64,000 bases of DNA from Mustelus asterias (Eukaryota): contig NC_135801.1 in the NCBI RefSeq assembly GCF_964213995.1, positions 117,614,001-117,678,000 of the forward strand, written 5' to 3'. Positions within the stretch are counted from its first letter, which is position 1. The number at the start of each line of letters is the position of its first letter. Made by a program: the position numbers and the translations under genes. Below are positions 36,604 through 48,372 of the stretch, in pieces. The notes under the pieces were generated by a model. The model was not told the DNA's origin and ran no database searches. It saw nothing but the letters and a program-made list of their open reading frames with translations.

Positions 36604-36950
36604 CATAGAATCATAGAAACCCTACAGTACAGAAAGAGTCCATTCGGCCCATCGAGTCTGCACCGACCACAATCCCACCCAGGCCCTACCCCCATATCCC
36701 TACATATTTTACCCACTAATCCCTCTGACCTACGCATCCCAGGACACTAAGGGGCAATTTTAGCATGGCCAATCAACCTAACCCGCACATCTTTGGACTG
36801 TGGGAGGAAACCGGAGCACCCGGAGGAAACCCACGCAGACACGAGGAGAATGCGCAAACTCCACACAGACAGTGACCCAAGCCGGGAATCGAACCCAGGT
36901 CCCTGGAGCTGTGAAGCAGCAGTGCTAACCACTGTGCTACCATTCCACCC
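36604..36950 (-). mobile_element. HE1-like V-SINE, young
   Basis: Nearly identical to the reverse complement of 12543-12875. Confidence 0.95.
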
Positions 36951-37983
36951 TCAAGGCTATCTTCAAGAAGACTTCTGATATCCTTCCAGGAAGACCCTCT
37001 GATGCTTGAGGTTCACCAAATTCTAATTTTCAAGAGCAAACTCATCTTACATATGTGAAAGTTGGTTTTCTCCTCTGAACAGTTTTCCCTCAGCAGAACC
37101 TAATTCCTGTGTCTTCCAAGTTCACAATTTCAAATTTTACTTTTGCTGGTTGTTTCTGAGGCTGTTCCTTCTCCTATGTGAGAATTTCTGCTTTTTCTAA
37201 CAGTCGTTCAACTTCTTCTTGAAATTCCTCATTCTTAATTTTAATTCCAGTCATTTCATCAAGCCAATTGGACCAGGCAATTGGTTATTTTAAGCTTAAA
37301 AACCCAATAGGAAATCATTTCTAGGCACCATTTTAAAAACTTCTAATTTGTCCATTCAAGCGAAGCCACCATGTGATATACCCCATTCCATCAGCTGTTT
37401 AAGTTAAATATGCAATATCTTCTGCCTGATTAACACTCTGATTATTTTTAAAAGGTTAGTTTAACCAGTTTGGTGAATTTTGCTCATACTTTTTGTGATC
37501 TGGCTAAGTCTTTTCACTCTACGTTCAATCAGATCATGCATTTAGCTGATCTCCAACTGTGTTTTCAAGTTAGGTGCACTTTGCTGAGGCCAGGCATCAT
37601 TTTGTTTACTTCTTCATGCCTCGAGGTTCTGGGTTTCTTCTCTAGTCTCTTCTTTGAGGTTATGGATTTGTTTATAAGTTGCCTTGGGATTTTTGGGTCC
37701 TTCCCTTGCTGCCACCATGTTGCAAAGTTGTTTGGTGTCTTGCTAAGACATCAGGAAGCTGTGTCGCTGAACATAAACTGTTTATTGTTAACCATAACTA
37801 TGTACATATCTCCAAGGTACAGCCTTAACTAGGTACTTCTCTCAGACTCTCCCTGCATCGCTATAACTCCCACCTATCGCCAAGTGTGTTTCTTCATTAT
37901 TATGTGAACGGTTAATTTTGTATAAGCATAACATGTGAATGTTATGAACGCAGGTTGTGTAAACTGGGTTTGCTTTCATCCGA

Positions 37984-38125
37984 TAAAAGCAAATCACTGC
38001 AGATGCTAGAATCTGAAACCAAAAAAAGGTTGACAAAGGGTTATCTGGACTCGAAACATCAGCTCTTTTCTCTCCATTCAGATGCTGCCAGACCTGCTGA
38101 GATTTTCCAGCGTTTTCTCTTTTGG
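37984..38125. mobile_element. Short PLE-derived insertion with inverted piece and 14-bp TSD
   Basis: TTGCTTTCATCCGA at 37970-37983 and 38126-38139; contains a decayed hammerhead unit. Confidence 0.75.
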
Positions 38126-38159
38126 TTGCTTTCATCCGAGTTTAGAAGGTTGAGGAGAT

Positions 38160-38452
38160 TAGTTTAGTATATTGTCACAAGTGGGTTTACATGAACACTG
38201 TAATTAAGTTACTGTGAAAATCTCCTAGTCGCCACACTCTGGCACCTGTTCAGGTATACTGAGGGAGAATTTAGCATGGCCAATGCACCTAGCCAGCACG
38301 TCTTTCGGACTGGGGGAGGAAACCAGAGCATCCGGAGGAAGCCCACGCAGACACAGAGAGAACATGCACACTCCCCACAGATAGTGACCCAAGCTGGAAA
38401 TCAAACCCGGGTCCCTGGCGCTGTGAGGCTAACCGCTGTGCCACCATGCCGC
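38160..38452 (-). mobile_element. V-SINE variant with Rex1-like tail
   Basis: Same as 3000-3300. Confidence 0.85.
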
Positions 38453-39117
38453 TCGTGATCTAATCAATATATTTGAAATGATTCAGGGATTCGAAAGGTT
38501 AGATACAGAGTAATTATTTTCTCTGTTGGGAGAATCCAGAATAATGTTAAAAATTAAAGCTAGCACATGCAGCTGTGAAATAAAGAAGTAATTTATGTCT
38601 CGAATGCACTGCCTGGGAGAGTGGTCGAGGTGGATTGCCTCACGTCCTTTAAAAAGTACCTGAATGAGCATTTGGCACATCATAACATTCAAGGCTATGG
38701 GCCAAATGTTGGGAAATGGGATTAGCTGGGAGTTCAGATGTTTCTCGTGTGTCAGTGCAGACTCGATGGGCCAAAGGGCTACATCTGCACTGTATGATTC
38801 TACAATTATTCTCACAGAGTGTTGGGAAAAGTTGGATCTGGGTCTCTCTAAAGACTGGGATAATTGAAATTTTCAAGACAAGATCAAGATTTTAATTTTT
38901 TAAGGATACCGAAGGATATAGAACATAGCAGGTAAATGGAGTTGAGAAACAAATCAGCCATAGTTCATCATTGAATGATAGAAAAGACTCAAAGAGTGAA
39001 TGGCCTGTGCTTACATGCAAGGAGAAAATTAACTGGGCTGCAGAAGAACTATTACTCTCTCATGTGTCTTTTCTCTTCTGTAGTTTGTCAACCAGTGCAT
39101 CCTATTTGTCTTGGGTG

Positions 39118-39470
39118 TTTTTTTAAATTCATTTGTGGGACATGGGTGTTGCTAGCTACCCAGCATTTATTGTCCATCCCTAGTTGCTCTTAAAACTGAA
39201 TGGTTTGCTAGGCCATTTCGGAGAGCATTTGAGAATCAACAACATTGCTGTGGCTCTGGAGTCACATTAGGTCAGACCAGGTAAGGACAGCAAATTTCCT
39301 TCCCAGATGGATTTCTCTGACAATGGCTTCATGGTCATCAGTAGATTCGTAATTCCAGATCTTCTTCATTGAATTTGAATTCCACCATCTGCCGTGGCAG
39401 GATTTGAACCCGGATCCTCAGAATATTAGTTGAGTTTTTGAATTATTAGTCCAGCAATAATACCACTACA
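39118..39470 (-). mobile_element. tRNA-headed SINE family B
   Basis: Matches 17874-18237 with small deletions. Confidence 0.85.
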
Positions 39471-39489
39471 GCATCGACTCTGCTAAATG

Positions 39490-39932
39490 CAATCGATAAA
39501 GGATAATACAAGGTTGGTTTTTCAAGCAGCAGGAAGTGCAGACAGAGTCAATGGGAGGCTGGTTTGAGTGATGGACTGGGCTTTGTTCATGACCCTTTGT
39601 AGTTTCTTGTGGTCTTGGACAGAGCAGGAGCCATGCTAAGCTGTGATACAACCAGAAATAATGCTTTTTATAGTGCATCTGTAAAAGTTGGTGAGAGTCG
39701 TAGTGGACATGCCACATTTCCTTAGTCTCATGAGAAAGTAGAGGTGTTGGTGTGCTTTCTTAACTATAGCGTCAGCATGGATGAACCAGGACAGTTTGTT
39801 GGTGATCTGGACACGGAAAACTTGAAGCTCTCGATCATTTCTACTTCGTCCCCATTGATGTAGACAGCATGTCCTTCCTGAAGTCGATGACTATCTCCTT
39901 CGTTTTGTTGACATTGAGGGATAGATTGTTGT
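39490..39932 (-). mobile_element. Rex1/Babar LINE RT fragment
   Basis: Minus strand NNLSLNVNKTKEIVIDFRK...IVKKAHQHLYFLMRLRK...NFYRCTIKSIISGCITAW. Confidence 0.8.
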
Positions 39933-39934
39933 GG

Positions 39935-40175
39935 TGGCTGGTGGTTAGCAGCGCTGCCTCACAGCACCAGGGACCCAAGTTCGATTCTGGCCTGGGGTGA
40001 TTCTCTGTGTGGAGTTAGCACATTCTCCCCGTGTCAGTGTGGGTTTCCTCCGGATGCTCCAGTTTCCTCCCACAGTCCAAAGATGTGCATCTTAGGTGGA
40101 TTGGGCATAGTAAATTGCTCCATAGTGTCACAAGATGTGTAGATTAGGTGGATTGCAGGGATAGGGCATGGTGGT
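39935..40175 (+). mobile_element. HE1-like V-SINE, partial
   Basis: Head, B box and V core present. Confidence 0.85.
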
Positions 40176-40204
40176 AAGAGGACAAAGCTCTGTCTAACAC
40201 TCTT

Positions 40205-40950
40205 TTGCTCTGAGGGCAACTTTGACTCTAAAGCTTGGTTGGAAGTAGATTCAATGTGGTGGCTATCCCATGTCTAACATTGTCAACCAGAGCTTCTCAT
40301 ATGAGATCCAATCAAGTGCCTTCTCAATATCAATGAAGCATGGATAGATTGGTTGTTGATGTTCTTGGACTTTGCACGTTACGATTTTAAGATTCTACAC
40401 CACAGGAATCATAGTGGGCGGGGGACGGACCATGCAAAGGTCCGTTGACCTTGGATGGGATTTTCTGGTCTTGGGGTGAGCGCGGCCAGAAAATCCTACC
40501 CTTGATCTCTGGTTCCTCTTCCATGTCAAAATATAGCTTGTTCATCAGCTGCCTCACTCTCTGTCTTTTCCTGATCATTTCAGGATGATCCTAAGCAAGA
40601 TTTTGCTGGCGTTGAAGATCAAGGGAATTTTCCCATCATTTGTGCACAGTTTCAGGTCACATCTCTTCTGAAGAGGGAGAAAAGTGGAATCAGTTCAGTC
40701 CTCTGGCCAATCACTGGTGTCCCACCGTACGACACATACTCCATACATCCTGCCCACTGCTGCTTCTCCTTCCATCTTAAGTAGTTCTGCAAGTTTATTG
40801 TCCAGGCCTAAATCTGTACCACGAGATGGTAGCTTTTCTTCTAACCATACCAGATAACCTGTCAATCAAAGCAGTCCTGCAGATGTTTCGTTTTTTAACT
40901 CTCACTAACAGCTTAAGCCTTTCGCTTTCATGTTTGAAGAGCAGAGATTT
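40205..40950 (-). mobile_element. RTE-clade LINE RT fragment (old), MITE inserted
   Basis: Minus strand GLDNKLAELLK...WPED*...NASKILLRIIL...GRGTRDQ...CFIDIEKALDWISYEKLW. Confidence 0.75.
40385..40501 (-). mobile_element. ~125-bp MITE
   Basis: Shared core GGACCATGCAAAGGTCCGTTGACC; end AAAATCCTACCC. Confidence 0.75.
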
Positions 40951-41055
40951 TAAAAAACCTTAAATTGTGACACTTAAACAAATCTTATCTGCATTTCAGG
41001 ACAATTTATGGTCTCTTCCATCAATTCATGGATCCCATGGGTGAACGACCTTGGG

Positions 41056-41647
41056 TATAAGGTGCTGGTGAGGCCACACCTGGAGTACTGTGTACAGTTT
41101 TGGTCTCCTTACTTGAGAAAGGATATACTGGCACTGGAGGGGGTGCAGAGGAGATTCACTAGGTTGATTCCAGAGTTGAGAGCCGGATTCCGGCTTATGA
41201 GGAGAGACTGAGTAGACTGGGGCTATACTCATTGGAATTCAGAAGAATGAGGGGAGATCTTATAGAAACATATAAGATTATGAAGGGAATAGATAAGATA
41301 GAAGCAGGGAAGTTGTTTCCACTGGCGGGTGAAACTAGAACTAGGGGGCATAGCCTCAAAATAAGGGGAAGCAGATTTAGGACTGAGTTGAGGAGGAACT
41401 TCTTCATACGAAGGGTTGTGAATCTGTGGAATTCCCTGCCCAGTGAAGCAGGTGAGGCTACCTCATTAAATGTTTTTAAGGCAAGGATAGATAAATTTTT
41501 GAACAGTAAAGGAATTAAGGGTATGGTGAGTGGGCGGGTAAGTGGAGCTGAGTCACAAAAAGATCAGCCATGATCTTATTGAATGGCGGAGCAGGCGCTA
41601 GGGGCCAGGTGGCCTACTCCTGCTCCTAGTTTTTATGTTCTTATTTA
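41056..41647 (+). mobile_element. 5'-truncated CR1
   Basis: [23 protein letters not shown]; EFRRMRGDLIETYKIMKG; tail (TTATGTTC). Confidence 0.9.
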
Positions 41648-43355
41648 TGACCTGCCAAAATCGAACTTAGCAGATGTTCAAATGATCCTGCTGAGTTTGG
41701 GTTTCCCTGCCGCTTACCACTGCTGGCAAAAATTGGATCTGTTGGAAATGGAAGTGGGAATTTTGCATCCAAGTTACACCCGCCATTTTTATAGGTCCAC
41801 TGAGTCGTCCGCAAAATCTGGCCCTAGTTCCTCGGCAGCTGAAGGCATGGCCACCAATATTGGAACAATGGAAATCGGACATACAGAACTCAGCTTACTT
41901 GCCCGTTGTCTCAATATCCTGCTTCTTTAGAAGTTGCTCTTCTAAGTCATACAAGACAGCATTCTCTCTTACCACCTGCAATAATCTGCAGGGTCTCATT
42001 AATAAAACAGTCCTTTGCCTATTTCCTTCTTTCTGTCAGCAATCTAATTCCTGGACTTCACGGCTGAATTGCTGCAGTGACCTTTATTTATACAATGTAT
42101 CTACCTATTGATGTTTAATCACTGCTGCAGATTTTTCCCGACGAGTCAGAGGGTATACATTAATTCTAATATGTTTGAGCTTCAGCAATATGTTGCTGTC
42201 ATAACAATCATTTGATGAACAAGCAGTATCCTGGTGGTATGATTAAATCCTTCAGTCAGCTTTGCTATGAAGTATGGGAGTATATCCTGAAGGTGAGAAG
42301 CACCACTGCTTCTCACTAAAAATTAACAAAAACATATTTCACACACATTTAGTTACTCTTATTTTGTTGAGCATGAAAATCAAAATTTATTACTGCAAAA
42401 AGATATTTTTACTTGAGTAAAAGTGAATATTGTTGAGGAAAAAAATATGCAATAAGCTGTGAAAGATATTCAGTAATGAAACAGTTAAGCACCAAGAAGT
42501 AAAGATGCCAAGCACTCATCCGTGCCTGCCTGAAGTACCAGAGATGTGTGGTATTTGCAAACGAACGCCTTGTGCATTGTGAACGAGAAACGTGTGGCCT
42601 GCAACAGGCAGACAAAAGCTGCCATTGTCAGAAGCTGCTGGCATGATGCTCAGGTTTTTAGTTCAAGTGAGCTCTGGTCACTACAATATAAAGGATGTGT
42701 TTCATCGTTTTCTATGATGCATGTTGCTCAGTCCCTGACCACATGGCCGTGCATGGCAGCACCCACATGGTTGGGAAGAATGAGCCTTTCACTCCATGCT
42801 CATAATCCCGTTCTGTTTCAGCCCCCTGGGTTGACAACACTTAGTGGCGAGCTGTGAGCTCTGAGGAAATTTTATTACATTCCTCTGTGTAGTAGCTTAT
42901 TATTGGAAAATTCCAGTCTAAAGTCATGAATGCAACAGATTTGAAAAACTGAACAAACTGTAAGCAGCTCATTTATTTGTGATCTTGAAGAGTCCTCATG
43001 AAAATAACCTTTTAACTCTTAAGGCCCTTTTAAGAAAAAGTAACTTAATATGCATAACCTACCTAACATGGCTCCCATAATATATGTATGTATGCAATTC
43101 CTTAATCAATTTCGAAATGAAGTTGGTAACCTCTGTCCCTTACAGATTTGGCCATTTGATTTAAATCCAACATTGTTCCTTCCACAGAAAGTAATGGAAT
43201 TTCGAGAGTCCTTACACATTTTAGACTCTTAGACTTTGAATACAGAGTTTTGTGTTATTTGAATTTAAAAACAGAGGCAGACTGAAACTGATGACCACAC
43301 TTTATTATTATTTGGGGTTTGACTTCAACCAATAATACATATGAAGATATGTATA

Positions 43356-43634
43356 GGGCAGGCAATGGCCCATTGTTATTACCACCAGACTATTAACCCA
43401 AAAACTTGGGTAATGTTCTGGGGACCTGGGTTCGAATCCCACCATGGCAGGTGGTGGAATTTGAATTCAATAAAAACAATCTGGAATTACAAATCTATTG
43501 ATGACCATGAAACCAATGTTGATTGTCGGGAAAACCCATATGGTTGACTCTGAACTGCCTTCGGGCAACTAGGGATGGGCAATAAATGCTGGCCAGCCAG
43601 CGATGCCCATGTCCCACGAATGAATAAAAAAAAA
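43356..43634 (+). mobile_element. tRNA-headed SINE family B with internal deletion
   Basis: B box GGTTCGAATCC; tail GGGCAACTAGGGATGGGCAATAAATGCTGGCC...GAATGAAT(A)9. Confidence 0.85.
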
Positions 43635-44082
43635 GATTATGAAAAGTCTCAGGCCCAACAGTGCTTACCCAACTAATAGACAGTACGACCATTTTTATTA
43701 CTTTAGTGATGCTAACTCCTGGGAGGGGCAGAAATGTGTGAAAAAATGACTGGCCAATTTTAGAAATTACTCTTGGAAATTTCTCTCTAACTTTGTGTGG
43801 TAGCGTAGCCCCAATAAGAATTGTTCAACAGCCTCATGGCTGCAGTTTGTTCCCTACATGTCTGCTGCCTAAGAAGGCTCCACCCTCTAGGGTGATTACC
43901 CACTCTGAGTCCCTAAGGGCCATGTGATCGGGCCGGATCCTATGGAGAGGCAGCACGGAAGCAGAGCCAATCGGGTACAAGGGCACACATTTCAGGTTGG
44001 GGATGAACCTCAGTTGGAGCCAGGGAAGAGAAGAGAGTAGATGTTTATTACAATTCTGTAGACCATCGCTTGTACATATATA

Positions 44083-44386
44083 GAATAGAATCGACTCACT
44101 ACAGTGCAGAAGGAGGCTATTCAGCCAATTGAGCCTGCACCGACAACAATCCCACCCAGGCCCTATCCCCATAACACCACCTATTTACCCTGCTAAGGAA
44201 CAATTTAGCATGGCCAATCAACCTAAACTGCACATCTTTTGAGTGTGGGAGGAAACTGGAGCACCTGGAGGAAACCCACGCAGACACGGGGAGAATGTGC
44301 AAACTCCACACAGACAGGCACCTAAGGCCGGAGTTGAACCCAAGTCCCTAGTGCTGAGAGGCAACAGTGCTCACCACTGTGCCACC
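44083..44386 (-). mobile_element. HE1-like V-SINE
   Basis: Antisense copy; CATATATA on both flanks (44075-44082, 44387-44394). Confidence 0.9.
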
Positions 44387-44709
44387 CATATATAAACATC
44401 ATTGATAATAGACCCTTCATAACTTGAAACCACAAAGTGTTGCTTTTGAAGTTATTACACTTTGCAAACCAAACAATTGTATTATAATAGATCACAATTA
44501 CTCATCGCACCACAGTTAAATTATCCTGTCCCCCCACTATTCCAACTTGCTTCAGGATGTAGAACTGTGCAAGATCAGACCATCTCCATCCATTGGGTTT
44601 GCCCAAAGCATTGCAGATCTCTTAGCTCACTACATCTCTGATACCCCTCAACATCAAAAATCTATCCACCATTTTCTTCATACCTCTACTGCCATGCCAT
44701 TCCGGGGTA

Positions 44710-45350
44710 GATTTATTTTATCAACATCTGTGCAGAGAGAAACACAGTTAACATTTTGAGGCTGTAAAGATGCACTTTCAGAGACCCCATTAGTGAATAC
44801 AAAAGATATTTTTTTAATATGAATTATACTCCAGCCTCACAGCTGCCGTTTGCTCCCTACGTGCCTACTGCCTAAGAAGGCTCCATCCTCTGGGGTGATT
44901 ACCCACTCTGAGTCCCAATTTGTTCTCCAAGCCAGGTGACCCTTTAAAGGGATAATCAGCACAAGTCTATATTGTCCTTCTACAGAACTGAAAAGGGGTA
45001 GAAATGTGATTAATTATATACTTGGAGAGGGGAGTGGGGCAGAATGGAAAGATCGGAGCTAAGGAGAAGAACAATATCTCTTCTTGTGATTAGGCATGTT
45101 ATAGTCTTCTGGACTCAACACTGAGTTCAACAACTTTAGGTTCTGAGCTTTCCCCTCCATCTTTATTCCTTTTTGCTTTTTGCTATTCAGTTTCCTTGGC
45201 TTGTCCCCTCAGAGAGCAGCTCTGACGAAGGGTCATCTAGACTCGAACCATTGGCTCTATTCTCTCTCCACAGTTGCTGTCAGACCTGCTGAGATTTTCC
45301 AGCATTTTTCTGTTTTTGTTTCAGATTCCAGCATCCGCAATATTTGGTGT
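44710..45350 (+). mobile_element. Second-family Penelope-like 3' end with hammerhead unit (45218-45256)
   Basis: EEQYLFL*LGML*SSGLNTEFNNFR (GIY-YIG C-terminus-like) followed by the terminal repeat; decayed inverted repeat piece upstream. Confidence 0.65.
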
Positions 45351-46009
45351 TTCACTTCTGATGGATGTCATGCAATGTTTTTTGCTTGATCATGTTTATC
45401 AAACGTTTGAAAATATTGAATATTTCATTTATTTCAGGCTTATTTCTTAACTCCCCTAGCCACAGTCCATGTTTGTCTGTCAAAAATCTATCCATCATCC
45501 TCTTAAATTTTGGAATATTCTCTGTATCCACAATCCCTCATGAACACTATTCTCATGTTTATCACCTATGTGCAGAGAATTTATTTTATGGATCTGTTCG
45601 AAAAATTATGAGTTGGATATTATCAGAGCAGATCATCTCACATCATGACCTCTTAGACAGATTTTTTCTTATATCCTTCAGCTTGGATTTTTGTTGAGCC
45701 ATTACTTGTGTGGGCTGATGGTCATGTGGTAAAGGCAGTGGAGCAACTGGGAGCTTAGTGAACTGTGTGAAAACCAGTCTACCTCCTTAATGAATGTGAT
45801 TAAAGGATTGAGAAAGAAAAGAGAGGAAGGACTGAGAAGGCGGGGGATTTAGAATGGCTGAATTAGAGCTGAATCAGATAGAGAAAGAAAAATAAAGAGA
45901 TGGAAGGCAAGACTAGATTTAAAATAAAGGGAAATAACAAGTACGAGTTAAATAAAATGTAATTTTAAAGATTTTTAACAACATTTGCTCTCTGAAAGAA
46001 TGAGACTCT

Positions 46010-46136
46010 GGGTGGAGTTTTCCCATCACACCCGCCACGGGAATCATAGCGGGAGGGACATGGACCTTGCAAAAGCCCGTTGACTTCGGGCAGGATTTTC
46101 CAGACTTGGGGTGAGCACGACTGGAAAGTCCCGCCC
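46010..46136 (-). mobile_element. ~125-bp MITE
   Basis: GGGTGGAGTTTTCC...GGAAAGTCCCGCCC. Confidence 0.8.
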
Positions 46137-47689
46137 TCCATGTTTTAAAGTTGTTCAATTTCTGCACCAGTGAGGTTGATTGGCATCAATTATACATTAC
46201 TTGTCTTTAATTGTATATGGTGGGCATGAACTGGGGAGTCACTTGCACTCCATATAAACATACCCAGTTCCCCTTTAAGTTATTGTCCCTTCAGTTTGTT
46301 GACTTGATCTTTTGCTAATTTGTCCCCTTTAATTGTCCATTTGTTTTATTCAAAAGAATATAAACAACTAAAACTGTTGGTGTCCATGTCCAGCTGTGTT
46401 CATGTGTAATTCTGTAAATAAATGTGGAAGTGTGGAAGGATTAGCTCCAGTTCTATTCTACAGCTGCCTTTCTGGATTAAGACAAGTGTTACTGCTTTGA
46501 CAGTTCTCTTGTAAAAGATATTTATTCTATCAATGTTTTCTCTAACTTTCTGTGACACGATTAGTGGGCAATTAATGTGGAAATCCAGAAAGTTTTAAAA
46601 ATAATGAGAAGTCTAAGACCAAGAAGCCAGTTGTGCAAGGAAAAAATGGGATGTCATAAATTGACCTGAAGATTGCCAACTCATGACCTTTCTCTTGATT
46701 CCCTGATGTCCAATTTGTCATTAATAATGCTTTGTTAACACAATATTATTTTTCCAGCAAGATCTGGCTCCATAACTTTAACTAGGATTAAAGTATTGAA
46801 GAGAAAACTTCAAGAATGGTGTTATTATTTATACGACGTCTCAAAGCAGCAAGAAAGGCCAGTTAGGAATTGAAATAATATGTTTTTGCCAATGGAATGA
46901 CGAGAGGAAGGGAAAGCTGAATAAAGCAAATGGAAAGGGGATCTAAAGTCAAGAACCAGTGGAAGGTTGAGATCATGCTTTTGGACTGAACAGTATTTCG
47001 TTTTCCTGTGAAGAAGGAAAAAAAAGTTATGATGAGCGAATGCAGCAAATTAGACTGGAAGGTATATCGATCAGTCTTTATTGGAGGTTGATATAATGTT
47101 TAGGGCCTCCAAGCAACTGTCTATGAAAAAGGAAATGGACAGCTAATGCACCTGCTGCAAGTGCCTGCAGAAGAGCAACCAAGAGAATGAATAATGATTG
47201 AGCAAAAGCTCAAATTCCTGTGTTAAGAAACAAGTGAAAGCAAATATCTACCTGATGCTCAGATCAGACTGAAGAGCACTTGGCGAGGTCACTTTGAAAA
47301 CATAGTTGACCACTCTATTCCTGCAATACCTCTTGACCAACATTCCCACTAAGCTGAGTGGCTACACAAGGTATTGCACAGGCCTTATTACATGACAAAT
47401 AATGTGCATGTGCAACCACTCAAAATATTAAAAGAGATGTTCCATGGAAAATGCTGACATGCACAACAGCTAAGTTCTAAAAGGGGCATCACTCTCCACT
47501 GATACAAGCTGAATAGGATGGCACGTATCCATTCTTATCCAGCCAGTCATAGCCAGAATAGGATCTTCAATCGCTTTTCTTCCCTTGCCAACAGAATTAT
47601 GTCCTCCAAAGATTTTCCTAGGCCCCCTCCTTTTTCTCATCTATATGCTGCCCCTCAGCAATATCACCCAAAAATAGGCCAGAGTCCAC

Positions 47690-48372
47690 ATATACACTAA
47701 TGGGACCCAACTGTCCCTTACCAACACCTCTTTCTGATTTGTTGTACTGCTTGTCTGACATCCAGTACTTGATAAACATAAATGTCCTTCAATTAAATAT
47801 TAAGAAAACCAAAGCCATTGTCTATGATCTCTGCCACAAACTCCATTCCTGAGCCCCCGACTCTCTCTCTCTCCTTGGCAATTGTCTGAGCTTCAGCCAA
47901 CCCACTCACAAACTTTGTGGCATGTTTGATCTAGAGATGAGCTGATACAACCCTTATATCATCACCAAGACCACTATTTCCTCTTCTGTCACAGCAGCCT
48001 ATTTTACCACTGCCTCAATTCTTCTGCTGCTGAAATCTCCAGACACGCCTTTGTCACTTCATGACTTGACAATTTCACTGATCAACTGACCAGCCGGTCA
48101 TCTTGCAGCCTAGATAAACGAGAGCTCATCCAAAGCTCTGCTGCCCATATCTTAACTTGCAACAAATTCCGTACACCTATCACCCTTGTGCTCACTGGCC
48201 TACATTGGCTCCCAGTCCACCAATATCTCTGTTTTACTCCATCACTGGTTTTTGGTCATGAGCCTAAATATTACATTATAGGGCTCAGTTTCAAAGTTTG
48301 TTTGATGATGCTGCTATGAAGCTTTGGGATGTTTGACTGTGTTAAAACCGCTATATAAATACAAATCATTAT
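47690..48372 (+). mobile_element. L2 LINE 3' portion (old)
   Basis: CLSDIQYLININVLQLNIKKTKAIV; PITLVLTGLHWLPV; terminus TTTGGGATGTTT...CGCTATATAAATAC. Confidence 0.8.

Larger units (their letters stand above)
33500..37933 (-). mobile_element. Decayed LTR retrotransposon (Gypsy-type): 3' LTR 33500-33782, 5' LTR 37718-~37933
   Basis: Related LTRs sharing TCCAAGGTACAGCC; PBS TGGTGGCAGC at 37708-37717; purine-rich tract next to 33782; internal region decayed. Confidence 0.65.
33310..39015 (+). mobile_element. Old CR1 broken into pieces (33310-33499, 37935-37983, 38126-38160, 38455-38590, 38800-39015) by later insertions
   Basis: NGVLAFISSGLKFK...LQLYRALVRFHLE resumes after the LTR element with YE.RL.KLGLLS.EFRRLR, then DLI.IF.MI.G. 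Confidence 0.6.

Noticed and set aside
46212-46557. Possible solo LTR
   Set aside because: TG...CA ends and AATAAA are present but flanks (TAAT/CGAT) do not match and there is no second copy; insufficient support.
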